Virus record (IMG/VR): IMGVR_UViG_3300007513_000001
Location: 229,410 to 293,409 of that record
DNA: 64,000 nt
Strand: one strand, 5' to 3'
A model generated the notes under the pieces. It did not search any database. It was given only the letters and a program-made list of their open reading frames with translations, and was not told the DNA's origin. The position numbers and the translations under genes are program-made. Every line of letters starts with the position of its first letter. Position 1 is the stretch's first letter. Positions 37,991 through 48,091 of the stretch are shown here, piece after piece.

Positions 37991-38230
37991 ATGAAAGTGA
38001 CAAAACAGCAGTTAAAAGAAATTATCAAAGAATACAAAGAATTATTGCGGCCAGGGCATGTAGATGGCCAACCGTGGAGCGGCACACTAGAAGATCTAGC
38101 GACTGTCCAAAGCAAGACTTGGGGACATGGAGAAGTTGTTGATAAAAAAGGCTACAGAGATATAGTCAACCACGCCAGAGATTTAACAGCTGGAAAAGCA
38201 AAAAGCCCAGTCAGAAAATACGGAAAGTAA
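37991..38230 (+). CDS. MKITK-type leader small protein
   Basis: MKVTKQQLKEIIKEY. Confidence 0.75.
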   Translation: MKVTKQQLKEIIKEYKELLRPGHVDGQPWSGTLEDLATVQSKTWGHGEVVDKKGYRDIVNHARDLTAGKAKSPVRKYGK

Positions 38231-38231
38231 T

Positions 38232-39047
38232 ATGCCAGAGAGCACTTACGAAAAATTTAAAGTGCTTGGATATGTTCGTCCAGCAGAGGTGTTTCATACT
38301 CTTCTCGAATGGGAAAAGATCGTTTTAGAGTTGATAGATTTACAATCGGGAGGTTTAGATACCAGAGCGGGAGAAATCAGCTGCAAGCACGCATCTTTTT
38401 GTTCTGCTGCTGACTTTGATAGGTTTGTAGAAATAATAAATGTTTATTTTGGTTATCAGCTGAACGTCGAAACAGAAAGATATGACCTACTAACTCAAAA
38501 AAATGTATTAGATTTCATAGAAGATTTTGTTAATCATCGATTTTGGGGTTTTGAGCAAGAATTTTCTTCTTATTTTCCAGATATTTCTCGTCTTAAGTTC
38601 GCATATTTCTATTCTCGCGGAGACATGGAGCCTTACGTAATGCTTGATGAAGAATACACAGATCAGTTTTATGGTTCAGAACCAGTAGTAAAACCCGTGT
38701 GCCATTTTACCAGCCCCAAAGGGCTAGAAAGACTCAACACAGCAATACAAAACGGAGAAGCTTTTGATATATCTACTTACACTGTAGCAGAGCGCCCTTT
38801 TTTCAGAAAAGAGTCTACAGTGACAGTAGAAATGATCGGACATGTAAGAGCTGCTTTTCGAAGCGATATAAAGTCTTTAGCTTTAGACAATGGAAGAAGA
38901 GCTTGCAACATGTATAGACTTCAATATCCGGGAAAAAACCAAAGTAATATTTGCCAAGACTTAACTACTTGTGACGATGAAGAAGTGATTACTAATTTAT
39001 GGAACGAGTATATTGCGACTCCGCTAAGAATTACTCGCGTTATCTAG
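38232..39047 (+). CDS. hypothetical protein, possible ADP-ribosyltransferase-like C-terminal domain
   Basis: VCHFTSPKGL...FDISTYT...NEY. Confidence 0.6.
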   Translation: MPESTYEKFKVLGYVRPAEVFHTLLEWEKIVLELIDLQSGGLDTRAGEISCKHASFCSAADFDRFVEIINVYFGYQLNVETERYDLLTQKNVLDFIEDFVNHRFWGFEQEFSSYFPDISRLKFAYFYSRGDMEPYVMLDEEYTDQFYGSEPVVKPVCHFTSPKGLERLNTAIQNGEAFDISTYTVAERPFFRKESTVTVEMIGHVRAAFRSDIKSLALDNGRRACNMYRLQYPGKNQSNICQDLTTCDDEEVITNLWNEYIATPLRITRVI

Positions 39048-39371
39048 CGGCTTTATATTTTCTCTAAAGATTTTTACGAAAGTTCCTTGTATTAAAATTT
39101 CGTAAACATCATAAGAAAACCATTGAGGGTCTCTAGATATTTGTGTAGGCCGGCCAATGTATTTGTTAATAGTCGCGATATCGCCATCTTCAACTACTAT
39201 TTTCCTGCCGTAAAAATCGTCAAAAGAAGGAAAACTATAAAGGTCAATTTCTTCCCAGAGAACGACTTTACCGCCAGCATAAGCAGCGCTGTTAGCGAAT
39301 CCGTCGGGCGTATAAGTTAGTCCGCCAACTGTAATGCTAACAAGTTGACCATTTTGAAGTTTTTCTTTCAT
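39024..39371 (-). CDS. hypothetical protein
   Basis: Isolated minus-strand ORF filling the gap between plus genes. Confidence 0.65.
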   Translation of the reverse strand: MKEKLQNGQLVSITVGGLTYTPDGFANSAAYAGGKVVLWEEIDLYSFPSFDDFYGRKIVVEDGDIATINKYIGRPTQISRDPQWFSYDVYEILIQGTFVKIFRENIKPLDNASNS

Positions 39372-39442
39372 TTGCTGAGACCTTTAATTAAATAGGTCTT
39401 TTAGATATAATTGTTTTAAATCATTTAACGAGGAGAACTGAA

Positions 39443-39637
39443 ATGATAAAGCCGGGCGATCGTGTTTATATCTGGAACAGGATGGATATGACGGGAGAAG
39501 TGTTATCTGTAAAAGCTAAACGGGTGAAAACTTGGTTTGTCGGGGGAACTTCTGGTACCTCTTCTAGCGCTACTGTTCGCTTTGACAATGGAGAAACTTT
39601 AGAAATTGAAACTTCTGAGTTGATGAGACTAGAATGA
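39443..39637 (+). CDS. small SH3-like protein
   Basis: IKPGDRV...VRFDNG; SD GAGGAG. Confidence 0.7.
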   Translation: MIKPGDRVYIWNRMDMTGEVLSVKAKRVKTWFVGGTSGTSSSATVRFDNGETLEIETSELMRLE

Positions 39638-39930
39638 CAAACCAACTTGAGTTTCTTTTTTCAAGTTTAAAATCTATAAGCAGAGATACAGCTTTGCTAG
39701 AAATGTTCGATTGGAACGAAGAAAATTTAGAAAAATTTAATGAAGAAGTAGCTAGAGCATTAACTCTTTACGAAATGTCTAACCCGCAAGCTTTAGTAGA
39801 TTTTTTAGTAGAAACCGCAAGGCCCTACACTGTAGAATTCTTGCAAGACAATTTAGAGTCTATGATGCAAAATTTAGTTGAACAATCTATTGCTGAGTTA
39901 AATAATTTACAAGATGCTCAGGATAACTAA
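39634..39930 (+). CDS. hypothetical protein
   Basis: Overlapping operon ORF. Confidence 0.65.
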   Translation: MTNQLEFLFSSLKSISRDTALLEMFDWNEENLEKFNEEVARALTLYEMSNPQALVDFLVETARPYTVEFLQDNLESMMQNLVEQSIAELNNLQDAQDN

Positions 39931-40778
39931 TGAAGAAAAATATTGATAAAACTGGAAAAACTGCCACACTCTACAAGTTTGATAAGCTTGATTCTCCAAA
40001 TAAAGAAAAGAGTGATAGCGATAAGCTTGGAATTATTTTAGATTTAGAAACGACCGGACTCTCGAGAGAGCATGACGAGATAATTGAAGTTGCTTTTCGG
40101 CCGTTTTATTTTTGCTCTCAGTTTTTTGAAGTTACTAGCTTAGCTAGAAAGTTTACTCTCTATAATGAGCCATCTTCACCAATTAGAGAAGAGATAACAG
40201 AAATAACTGGAATTACTAACGAGATGGTTGCCGGGCAAAAGATAGATTGGAACTGGTTAAGAAATATGCTGAATTCTGCAGACTACATTATTTGCCATAA
40301 CGCTGGTTTCGATCGCGGGTTTTTAGATACTACGCTAGAAAAAGAAGGAGTCACCCCTACCGAAAACGCAGTTTGGACTTGCTCAATGAAGCAAATTGAC
40401 TGGATGTCTTTTTGCCGACCATCAAAAGCTTTGGAAGTTTTATGTGCTTGGTCTGGGTTTTTCTATGATTCTCATCGTGCGCACGTTGACGTGGATGCTT
40501 TGCTTCATTTGCTTCGAAGAGAAAATAAAATAGCTGAGCTAATCGAAAATGCTTCAACTGCAGATTATAGGGTCTTTGCTATGAATTCTCCTAGAGACAT
40601 GAATCACCTTCTTAAGCGTCGGTGGTACCGCTGGGATCCTAGCGTCAACATGTGGTGGAAAAATTTCAGCGTTGAAGAAGAAGCTAAAAAAGAAACAGAG
40701 TGGCTAAAGGAGAACATAAATGGAGTCGAACCGCAAATATTTCCACTAGAACCAAAATATCGTTTTGCACCCGAATAA
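39930..40778 (+). CDS. DnaQ-like DEDDh 3'-5' exonuclease
   Basis: ILDLETTGL, HNAGFDRGFL, HRAHVDVDA. Confidence 0.92.
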   Translation: MKKNIDKTGKTATLYKFDKLDSPNKEKSDSDKLGIILDLETTGLSREHDEIIEVAFRPFYFCSQFFEVTSLARKFTLYNEPSSPIREEITEITGITNEMVAGQKIDWNWLRNMLNSADYIICHNAGFDRGFLDTTLEKEGVTPTENAVWTCSMKQIDWMSFCRPSKALEVLCAWSGFFYDSHRAHVDVDALLHLLRRENKIAELIENASTADYRVFAMNSPRDMNHLLKRRWYRWDPSVNMWWKNFSVEEEAKKETEWLKENINGVEPQIFPLEPKYRFAPE

Positions 40779-40796
40779 TTACTACAGAGGTGTAAC

Positions 40797-41249
40797 ATGT
40801 CATCCACTGTATCTAAATCTACTCTTACTGTAATAATTGATGAAAGCGTTAAGCTAAAAGACAACGAATTTAAATCGCGGCAATCAGTTAAAATCAACAA
40901 TATTAATGAAATAAGCCAAAGGCTAGTCAGCGTTCCGACTTCCCAAATTACATTGCTTCAACTGAGTTCTTCTGTAGGCTCAGGAACTTATAAGACTAGC
41001 GATTTAAAATATTTGAGAATGACTAACTTAGATAATGAAAATTATATTAGGCTGTCTTTTACTTCGGGATCGTCTGGAAACGGTTTCGATGTAAAGCTGG
41101 GAGCGCTTCAAAGCTATATTGTTACTAACGCTTCGATTAGCGGATCAGCTGCTGGTGGAACTTTCGATTCTTTTACTAATTTCGATACTTTGAAAGCTGA
41201 TGCTAATACAGCGGCTTGTAATTTAGAATTATTTTTAGCTTCTAAATGA
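40797..41249 (+). CDS. beta-rich hypothetical protein
   Basis: S/T-rich 150-aa ORF with SD GAGG. Confidence 0.7.
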   Translation: MSSTVSKSTLTVIIDESVKLKDNEFKSRQSVKINNINEISQRLVSVPTSQITLLQLSSSVGSGTYKTSDLKYLRMTNLDNENYIRLSFTSGSSGNGFDVKLGALQSYIVTNASISGSAAGGTFDSFTNFDTLKADANTAACNLELFLASK

Positions 41250-41279
41250 AAATTAGGGTTTAGATTGTTATAATATTAT

Positions 41280-41810
41280 ATGCAAGGGCATAGGTCTTCT
41301 ACGAGAAAACATCGATATAGAGAAAAACAAAAAACTGCTGAATATATGTCGGTTGAATTATGCACGATTAATTTCCAACACGAAGATAATTTAGGTTTTT
41401 TAATTCGAGCAGCCGCTTGTTTTGGAGTAAAGAGAATTCACGTTATCGGGTCTATTCCAAGTAGATCTATTCTTAATCCTCTTTCTGGAAGTTTATATGA
41501 TTATGTGGAACTCAAACAATATAAAAAACCTGCAGATTTTTTAAAATTCATCAACGAAGAAAATATACCGCTCATTGCAGCAGAGATTTCAGATAATTCA
41601 ATTCCTATTTACGATATAGATTTTTCTGATTTTGGTAATTTTTGTTTGGTGGTCGGTAACGAATCAATCGGAATTCCGTTCGAGATATTTAGAAAAAGTT
41701 TGCCAGTGCAAGTACCAATGCCGGGAGTAGGATATTGTTTAAATACGTCACAAACTGCAAACGTCGCTCTTTACGAAATTATGCGACAAAAGAAAAATTC
41801 CGAAAAATAA
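41280..41810 (+). CDS. SpoU/TrmH-family RNA 2'-O-methyltransferase
   Basis: NLGFLIRAAACFG, LVVGNESIGI, VPMPGVGYCLN. Confidence 0.9.
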   Translation: MQGHRSSTRKHRYREKQKTAEYMSVELCTINFQHEDNLGFLIRAAACFGVKRIHVIGSIPSRSILNPLSGSLYDYVELKQYKKPADFLKFINEENIPLIAAEISDNSIPIYDIDFSDFGNFCLVVGNESIGIPFEIFRKSLPVQVPMPGVGYCLNTSQTANVALYEIMRQKKNSEK

Positions 41811-41949
41811 AAACAAAATATGAAGAAAAATCATTTTTGTTCGACGAATGGATTATGGGAATGACAGTAGCTGGCTGCATAATTACGATTATAGTGGGAA
41901 GAGAAATAAAACATTCAGTCAAGCGCCGTTTTAATAGAGGGGAGAAAAA

Positions 41950-42555
41950 ATGAAAATAGGGTTAGTGCCAGTTTCAGCAAAGCCTTATCATGCTGGTCAC
42001 CACGCTTTAGTTGAGCTTGCGGCATCTCAAAATGATAAAGTTTTACTTTTTGTTTCTGTTTCTGGTAGACATCGTCCTGGAGAATTTCCTATTGATGGAT
42101 CTGACATGTACCAGGTGTGGACTTCTTATTTAGAGGGTGCAATGCCGGGAAACGTGGAAATAGCATATGGCGGATCTCCAGTTAGAAAAGTTTATGAAGA
42201 AGTTGGAGAAGCTTGCGACTCAGGCTCAGAAGATGTGTATACGATTTATTCAGATCCAGAAGATACATCTACAAATTATTCCCAAGGGTATAGGGACAAA
42301 TATATGCAGCCACTCTGCGATCTTGGCCAAGTTAGATTTGCTTCAGAAGTAGACCCCAGCTCCGTTACCAGAGGCGTCGGCACCCCTGATATTTCCGGAA
42401 CAAAAGTAAGAACTTATTTAGAGAGTGGAGACTTTAATAGCTTCGCTGCAGCAATGCCCTCTGGTGTCGACGCTCAGGCAATTTTCGATATTCTCACTAA
42501 GAAAGTTTCTGAGAATATTTTGAAAAGTTACGTTTCTGCTATTTTAAAAATGTAA
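41950..42555 (+). CDS. HIGH-class nucleotidyltransferase (cytidylyltransferase-like)
   Basis: KPYHAGH, ISGTKVR (KMSKS-like); C-terminal ENILKSYVSAIL motif. Confidence 0.75.
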   Translation: MKIGLVPVSAKPYHAGHHALVELAASQNDKVLLFVSVSGRHRPGEFPIDGSDMYQVWTSYLEGAMPGNVEIAYGGSPVRKVYEEVGEACDSGSEDVYTIYSDPEDTSTNYSQGYRDKYMQPLCDLGQVRFASEVDPSSVTRGVGTPDISGTKVRTYLESGDFNSFAAAMPSGVDAQAIFDILTKKVSENILKSYVSAILKM

Positions 42556-42580
42556 AAAGTCTTAGTTTTTGTGGTATAAT
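42551..42580 (+). promoter_or_regulatory. conserved promoter, copy 3
   Basis: TGTAAAAAGTCTTAGTTTTTGTGGTATAAT. Confidence 0.75.
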
Positions 42581-42608
42581 AAAGATAATAAAGCAGTGAG
42601 ATAACACC

Positions 42609-42902
42609 TTGCACGATCTATTTATCCGAGATTTTTATCTTCAGCGAGGAATGGTTCCCGTAGAGGGATTTTCACCAGAAGAAATCGAGTCTTTTAACAA
42701 GAGACTGCAATCTCTTTCACCTGAAGACCGCCGCAAAGCGAAGAGAAAATTTAGAAAGTTCGTTAGAAAGCTTGAGAAGAAAAATAAAGATTTTATTTCT
42801 TCTTTTGACGGGTCAAACCCATCACCAGCTAAAAAGAACCAAAGAAGAAAAAATGTTCACCGACATATCTGCGAAACTATTAGGAAGGAAATGAATGACT
42901 AA
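42609..42902 (+). CDS. basic hypothetical protein
   Basis: TTG start downstream of promoter. Confidence 0.65.
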   Translation: MHDLFIRDFYLQRGMVPVEGFSPEEIESFNKRLQSLSPEDRRKAKRKFRKFVRKLEKKNKDFISSFDGSNPSPAKKNQRRKNVHRHICETIRKEMND

Positions 42903-43086
42903 ATATATGTTTAACGTTATTGTACTTTATACAGCTTACATCTTGGGGGGCATTTTTGGGCTCCACCATTTCTGCCGCGGTAAAATATTTTTAGGCTTCC
43001 TTTATCTAGGGACTTTGGGGCTTTTTGGCTTGGGGCTTTTGTTTGATTTATTCGCGATTCCTTTCTACGCGAGAAATTTCACATGA
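42895..43086 (+). CDS. TM2-domain membrane protein
   Basis: LGGIFGLHHFCRGK...GFLYLGTLGLFGLGLLFDLF. Confidence 0.85.
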   Translation: MTKYMFNVIVLYTAYILGGIFGLHHFCRGKIFLGFLYLGTLGLFGLGLLFDLFAIPFYARNFT

Positions 43087-43463
43087 GTAAAAAGTCAAAA
43101 GCTCAAATTAAAAAAGATTCTCTAAAAAAAGAGATAGAAGATCTAGAAGAAAAATTAGCTAATTTAGAAAATAAGGTGGATAAAGTTTGGAATTCTCGCC
43201 TTGATTCTCTTCTAGATAAACAAATTAGAAAATTACAATATCTAGAAATGAAACTAGACAAAGGAATTTCAGCGTTAGAATCAACTAAAAGAAAAGTTAG
43301 AGATGCTGGAACTTCTGGTTATTATAGTTGCCATCATGATATTATGGAAGCATGTAACTCAGTATATTCAGCCTGTGCTCACCTTTCAGAGCTCAAGATG
43401 ATAGAAGCTTCAATTAAGGAAATCATTAGAAAAGATGCAAAAAAAGATTCACCTCTTAAGTAA
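43083..43463 (+). CDS. coiled-coil hypothetical protein
   Basis: Heptad pattern. Confidence 0.65.
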   Translation: MSKKSKAQIKKDSLKKEIEDLEEKLANLENKVDKVWNSRLDSLLDKQIRKLQYLEMKLDKGISALESTKRKVRDAGTSGYYSCHHDIMEACNSVYSACAHLSELKMIEASIKEIIRKDAKKDSPLK

Positions 43464-44064
43464 AGTACCTCGAAAAATTGTTCTTGCATGTTCTGGAGGT
43501 TGTGATTCTATGGCTGCATTAGACTTTTTACTTTCTGGAAAGAAAGAAGTCATTGTCGCATATTTCAATCACGGCACTCAGCACGGCCGTGAAGCAGAAG
43601 AGTTTGTAAGAGCTTACTGTGAAGAAAGAAGTCTGAAGCTTTTCGTGGGATCTTGTTCAAAACAAAAAAAGCAAACACAATCGCTAGAAGAATATTGGAG
43701 AGAAGAACGGCTAAGTTGGCTTAATCACGTTTCTGAAGTTGAGTGCGCCCCAGTTGTTACATGTCATCATTTAGATGATGCTGTAGAGTGGTGGATTTTT
43801 TCTTCTTTTCACGGAAATGGTAAGGTTATCCCTCCCGTTCGAAAGCCATTCCTTCGGCCGTTTCTCCTTACAAGAAAAGATACTTTAGTTTCTTGGAACA
43901 CTCGCAAAGAGGTTCCCTGGATTGAAGATCCGTCAAATGAAAAAACAGAGTTCATGAGAAATTATATTCGGCATGAGCTAATTCCCAGAGTGCTAAATGT
44001 AAATCCTGGAATTCATAAAGTAGTAGCAAAAAAGATTAAAGATTTGCATGAAAACTCGTTATAA
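43435..44064 (+). CDS. tilS: tRNA(Ile)-lysidine synthetase, catalytic domain only
   Basis: LACSGGCDS PP-loop, YFNHG, CHHLDDAVE, RPFL, WIEDPSN, RNYIRH; 209 aa, no C-terminal tRNA-binding domains. Confidence 0.9.
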   Translation: MQKKIHLLSKVPRKIVLACSGGCDSMAALDFLLSGKKEVIVAYFNHGTQHGREAEEFVRAYCEERSLKLFVGSCSKQKKQTQSLEEYWREERLSWLNHVSEVECAPVVTCHHLDDAVEWWIFSSFHGNGKVIPPVRKPFLRPFLLTRKDTLVSWNTRKEVPWIEDPSNEKTEFMRNYIRHELIPRVLNVNPGIHKVVAKKIKDLHENSL

Positions 44065-44452
44065 AAAGGGGGACATTATTTTAGCGAAATCCCCAGCTGG
44101 CGATGCTATACTTCCAGTACACCACAAGCTTGTTCGAAGAGTTGTTGTAGAACCTCAAAAAGGTCAGCAAGCTGGCTTTAAAACAACTATGGATTGGCCA
44201 GGATACGCTGGTTGGGATACCGTTTTAGTTTCGGCTGAAGAAATAAAATACCTGAAGCAAGAATGGTGTATTCCATACACTGAGCCCGAGAAAGATTCTG
44301 TCTTCGTTTATGATTGTTGCATTTTGAAAAAAGTGAAAAAAGTTAAAGTATCGCAAAAAATTTTAAACAAATTAGCTTCGAGAAAAAAAATTAAAAGAGG
44401 AAGAAATGCCAAAAGCAAAAAAGCAAAAAAGAGTAGTTCGAAAAAAGTCTAA
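44048..44452 (+). CDS. hypothetical protein (SH3-like, basic tail)
   Basis: YKKGDIIL start. Confidence 0.65.
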   Translation: MKTRYKKGDIILAKSPAGDAILPVHHKLVRRVVVEPQKGQQAGFKTTMDWPGYAGWDTVLVSAEEIKYLKQEWCIPYTEPEKDSVFVYDCCILKKVKKVKVSQKILNKLASRKKIKRGRNAKSKKAKKSSSKKV

Positions 44453-44741
44453 AAAATCTATTAAGATTGACTCAGGCCCTTTGGAGTACGGGGGCTGGAA
44501 AATTGGAGATGTGGCTTGGTGGTGTATGACTTCAGAAGCTACTCCACACCAGGGCATAATTGCTAGATTTCATCCAGAAGATAATGTCGGTCCCGCTGTT
44601 TCTCTTGACGATACTGCCGGTGGCCGCAGAGTAGCGCTGATGCAGTTTATTTTCGACACTAAGAAAGCTGCTAAAGCTTCAAGACCTGAATTTATTGAGT
44701 TTTGGCAAAACTACAGAAACCAAAGAGATCAAAAGAAATGA
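44406..44741 (+). CDS. hypothetical protein (SH3-like)
   Basis: WKIGDVAW. Confidence 0.65.
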   Translation: MPKAKKQKRVVRKKSKKSIKIDSGPLEYGGWKIGDVAWWCMTSEATPHQGIIARFHPEDNVGPAVSLDDTAGGRRVALMQFIFDTKKAAKASRPEFIEFWQNYRNQRDQKK

Positions 44742-44923
44742 TTGAAATTTTTAGTAGCGCGCCTGTTTGGGTTTTGGTTCTAACACTTCCATTTAAAATT
44801 TGGGCTTCATGGGAAGCAGCCCAACGAGACCAATTCGGTTGGTTTATTTTGTTTTTTCTAACTTGGCTATATGCTATTCCCGAGATAGTGTATTTGGTTT
44901 GGTTTAAAAAGAGTCGCTGGTAA
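44738..44923 (+). CDS. small membrane protein (DUF5652-like)
   Basis: KIWASWEAAQRDQFGWFILFF...PEIVYL; ATG overlaps upstream TGA. Confidence 0.65.
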   Translation: MIEIFSSAPVWVLVLTLPFKIWASWEAAQRDQFGWFILFFLTWLYAIPEIVYLVWFKKSRW

Positions 44924-44934
44924 CGGAGAATTAA

Positions 44935-45159
44935 GTGTATAAAGTTTGCGATTGTTGTAGTGAGTTGTTTTTTGAAAACGAAGAGCATAGTTTTTTCGAA
45001 GATTTTGGTTTCGTTTGTTTTCTTTGTTTAGATGAAGGATTTGAACTTCCGAAATCAGAAGACGACGTTGACAAAGAGCCTGGTGAAAAAGAAACATCTG
45101 CTTTGGCTAATGAAAAAATTCCGCTAACAAAATTTCCAAAAATTAATCTAAATTCTTGA
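44935..45159 (+). CDS. small Cys-rich zinc-binding protein
   Basis: CDCC and CFLC; GTG after GGAG. Confidence 0.6.
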   Translation: MYKVCDCCSELFFENEEHSFFEDFGFVCFLCLDEGFELPKSEDDVDKEPGEKETSALANEKIPLTKFPKINLNS

Positions 45160-45199
45160 TGAAAAAATCAGGCTCCGGATTTATAATCTAATCAGTTGA

Positions 45200-45277
45200 A
45201 GGCCCATAGCTCAATCAGGTCAGAGCATTTGTCTCATAAACAAAGGGTTCCGGGTTCGAGTCCCGGTGGGCCTACCA
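45200..45277 (+). tRNA. tRNA-CAT, probably Ile2 (TilS substrate) rather than Met
   Basis: Acceptor AGGCCCA/TGGGCCT, anticodon arm TTTGT-CTCATAA-ACAAA, T-arm CCGGG-TTCGAGT-CCCGG, encoded CCA; C4:G69 and C5:G68. Confidence 0.92.
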
Positions 45278-45290
45278 CTTTAAAAAGAGG

Positions 45291-46348
45291 GTGCAAGTGA
45301 ACAGTCCAGTAATTCGTCCGCAAGTATTAAAACTCAGAAGCGTCTGGAAGAATGAAGCTACAGATTTTACTCCATGGATGGCTTCCAATGAGGGCATATC
45401 TTGGCTATGCCAGGATCTTGGTATTGAAAGCTTGAAGGTAGAGGGTGTTGAAGTAGATACTGACGAAGGCAAAAGAATTGATATTTTAGCCGCTCTTCCA
45501 AACGGAGATTCCATTGTTATAGAAAATCAATTTAATGCAGCAGACCACAGGCACTTTCACAACATCCAACACTATGCTGTTTCGTCTAATTCTAATACAG
45601 TTATTTGGATTGCAGAATCGTTTCCGAGTCTTTACGTAAAGCTTATTGAATCTATTAACGCTTCTGACTGGATTGACATCGTTGGTGTAGTTGCAAGAGT
45701 TAACTCCGCAGGAGGCCCTCTTCCAACGCTACAGTTTGAAGTGATTTCAGCAAGTGAAGAAGCTCTAGAGAGAATGAAAGGAGACAGTGATGTCGAAGCA
45801 ACCGTTGCAGATAACGACGCTCTTTCCAGTTTCTATAAAGATTATTTTGACCAGCTTAAGCCTGCTTTAGATTCTTATCTTAGGGGCACAACGCCCCACA
45901 AACGAGGCACAAAAAAGAAGTGGCGCAGTTATGCTGAATGGAACTTCGAAAAAGGCGCTTGGATGAAATGGCAAATTTGCTTTAATCAACAGCGAGGCCG
46001 CCCGGGAGAGTATAGGGTTTCAATTCTTTTTAATCATATTGAAGATGAAAAGAATTTGGAGAGACTAAATTACATTAAGCAAAATAAAGATAGCTTGCTT
46101 TCTGGCATCTCGGTAGATTTTGTCGAAGATTGGGATTCTACTGTTGGCTGCCGAGGGCAAAAAGTTCATTTTAAATTTCCGCGTGAAGTTAACTATCGAA
46201 ATATTTCTCCTAGCGATAAAATTGAATTAGTTGATTGGACAAAAGATTTGATGCGTAATATTACGAAAAATGCATCTAATCTGGACATTAAATCGTGCTC
46301 TGGCGCTAATACTTACTCTAAGAATGGAGTAAACAATCATCTTTCTAT

Positions 46349-46358
<10 letters not shown>
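45291..46358 (+). CDS. DUF4268-type PD-(D/E)xK endonuclease-like protein
   Basis: WKNEATDFTPW, RIDILA, IVIENQ, DHRHFHNIQHY; stop codon lies inside tRNA-Asn. Confidence 0.75.
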
Positions 46359-46424
<66 letters not shown>

Positions 46425-46441
46425 TCTTTCGAGGTATATAA

Positions 46442-48031
46442 ATGTGCGGATTTTTAACTTATTTTGGAGAAAATGCAGACGTTAAAAAGCTCGCAAAATT
46501 TTCTTCTAAAATTCAATATAGGGGACCAGACAACACTAAAGATGTTTTAGTTAACGAAAAGCTTTTTATGTCTTTTCACAGATTGGCTATTATTGATGTA
46601 ACAGAATTAGGAGATCAACCCCTGCGCCACCCGGACGACGCTGGTTTAGTTTTGGTGTGTAACGGAGAAATCTATAACTACAAAGCACTTATTCAGCAAT
46701 ATAATTTTAAGCCAGGGTCAAATTCAGATTGCGAAGTTATTTTGCATCTTTATAAAAAGTTTGGGATTAAAAAAGCGGTAGAACAACTTGACGGAGTTTT
46801 TGCTTTTTCTTTATACGATTCTAACAAAGATGTTTTATATGCAGCTAGAGATCCCCATGGTGTTCGTCCATGCTTCTTAGCTTTAGAAAAAGATTTTTCA
46901 GCTATCGCTAGTGAAGCTAAAGTTCTAAAAGATATTTCAGATAACATTACTCATTTTCTGCCAGGCACTTGGTGGTCATCAGAATACCCTAACGTTATGA
47001 GCTCCTATTTTAATGTGGAACACAATCCCGTAATTTCAGTGTCGGAAAAAGATGCTTGCGAAAAAATAAAATCGCTTTTAACAGAATCTGTCAGAAAAAG
47101 AATGATGTCAGAAAGAGAAGTGGGGTGTTTGTTATCGGGCGGTTTAGACTCTAGTTTGATTTCTTCTCTAGTTGCTTCAATGTGCGATGACCCTAAAAAA
47201 CTTAAGACTTTTTCTATTGGAATGGAAGGAAGTCCAGATTTAGAATATGCTCAAAAAGTCGCAGCTCATATCGGTTCTGACCATCACAGCATCCAGCTTT
47301 CTCAACAAGATTTTTTAGACGCGATTGACGTAGTGATTTATAATATAGAATCTTACGATACAACCACCGTAAGAGCGAGCGTGGGAAACTATTTAGTTTC
47401 CAAGTACATTAGAGAAAATACTGACGTAAAAGTAGTATTCAACGGAGACGGAGCAGATGAAGTCTGTATGGGGTATGTATATAATGTCAATGCTCCATCT
47501 ACCGAAGATTTCTATTCAGAAAATCATCGCCTGTTAAAAGAAATATACTTGTTTGATGTTTTGAGATCAGATAGAAGTATTAGCTCAAACGGCCTCGAAG
47601 CTAGAACTCCTTTCTTAGATAAAAGTTTTACAAAATACTATATGTCCATACCGCCAAAAATGAAGATGTTTGGTTTAGATAAGCCAGAAAAATATCTCCT
47701 CAGGAAATCTTTCGACGGGACTGGATTGTTGCCAGACGAGGTTTTATGGAGGAGTAAGTGCGCATTTTCCGATGGCGTCAGTAGTATTAAAAATTCCTGG
47801 CATAAGACTCTTAAAAGCTTTATAGATTCTCAAATATCTGATGAGCAATTCGAAAATGAAAAAGATTCTTTTGATTGCTGCAAGCCAGTTTTGAAAGAGA
47901 GCTATTTTTACCGAAAAATATATGAAAACCACTTCGGAGATTCCATGAATTTGATACCTCACTTCTGGATGCCCAAGTGGACTATAGCTAATGACCCTTC
48001 AGCTAGAGAACTAGAAAACTATAAAGAATAA
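46442..48031 (+). CDS. asnB: glutamine-hydrolysing asparagine synthetase
   Basis: N-terminal MCG, RGPD, FHRLAI, NGEIYNY, ARDP, LSGGLDSS, YDTTTVRAS, GDGADE, EARTPFLD, WMPKW..DPSAR. Confidence 0.97.
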   Translation: MCGFLTYFGENADVKKLAKFSSKIQYRGPDNTKDVLVNEKLFMSFHRLAIIDVTELGDQPLRHPDDAGLVLVCNGEIYNYKALIQQYNFKPGSNSDCEVILHLYKKFGIKKAVEQLDGVFAFSLYDSNKDVLYAARDPHGVRPCFLALEKDFSAIASEAKVLKDISDNITHFLPGTWWSSEYPNVMSSYFNVEHNPVISVSEKDACEKIKSLLTESVRKRMMSEREVGCLLSGGLDSSLISSLVASMCDDPKKLKTFSIGMEGSPDLEYAQKVAAHIGSDHHSIQLSQQDFLDAIDVVIYNIESYDTTTVRASVGNYLVSKYIRENTDVKVVFNGDGADEVCMGYVYNVNAPSTEDFYSENHRLLKEIYLFDVLRSDRSISSNGLEARTPFLDKSFTKYYMSIPPKMKMFGLDKPEKYLLRKSFDGTGLLPDEVLWRSKCAFSDGVSSIKNSWHKTLKSFIDSQISDEQFENEKDSFDCCKPVLKESYFYRKIYENHFGDSMNLIPHFWMPKWTIANDPSARELENYKE

Positions 48032-48091
48032 ATTTTATACACTTTTGGTGTTGTGGGTATAGTTTCTTAATCTACGTTTAAGGAGATAAAA

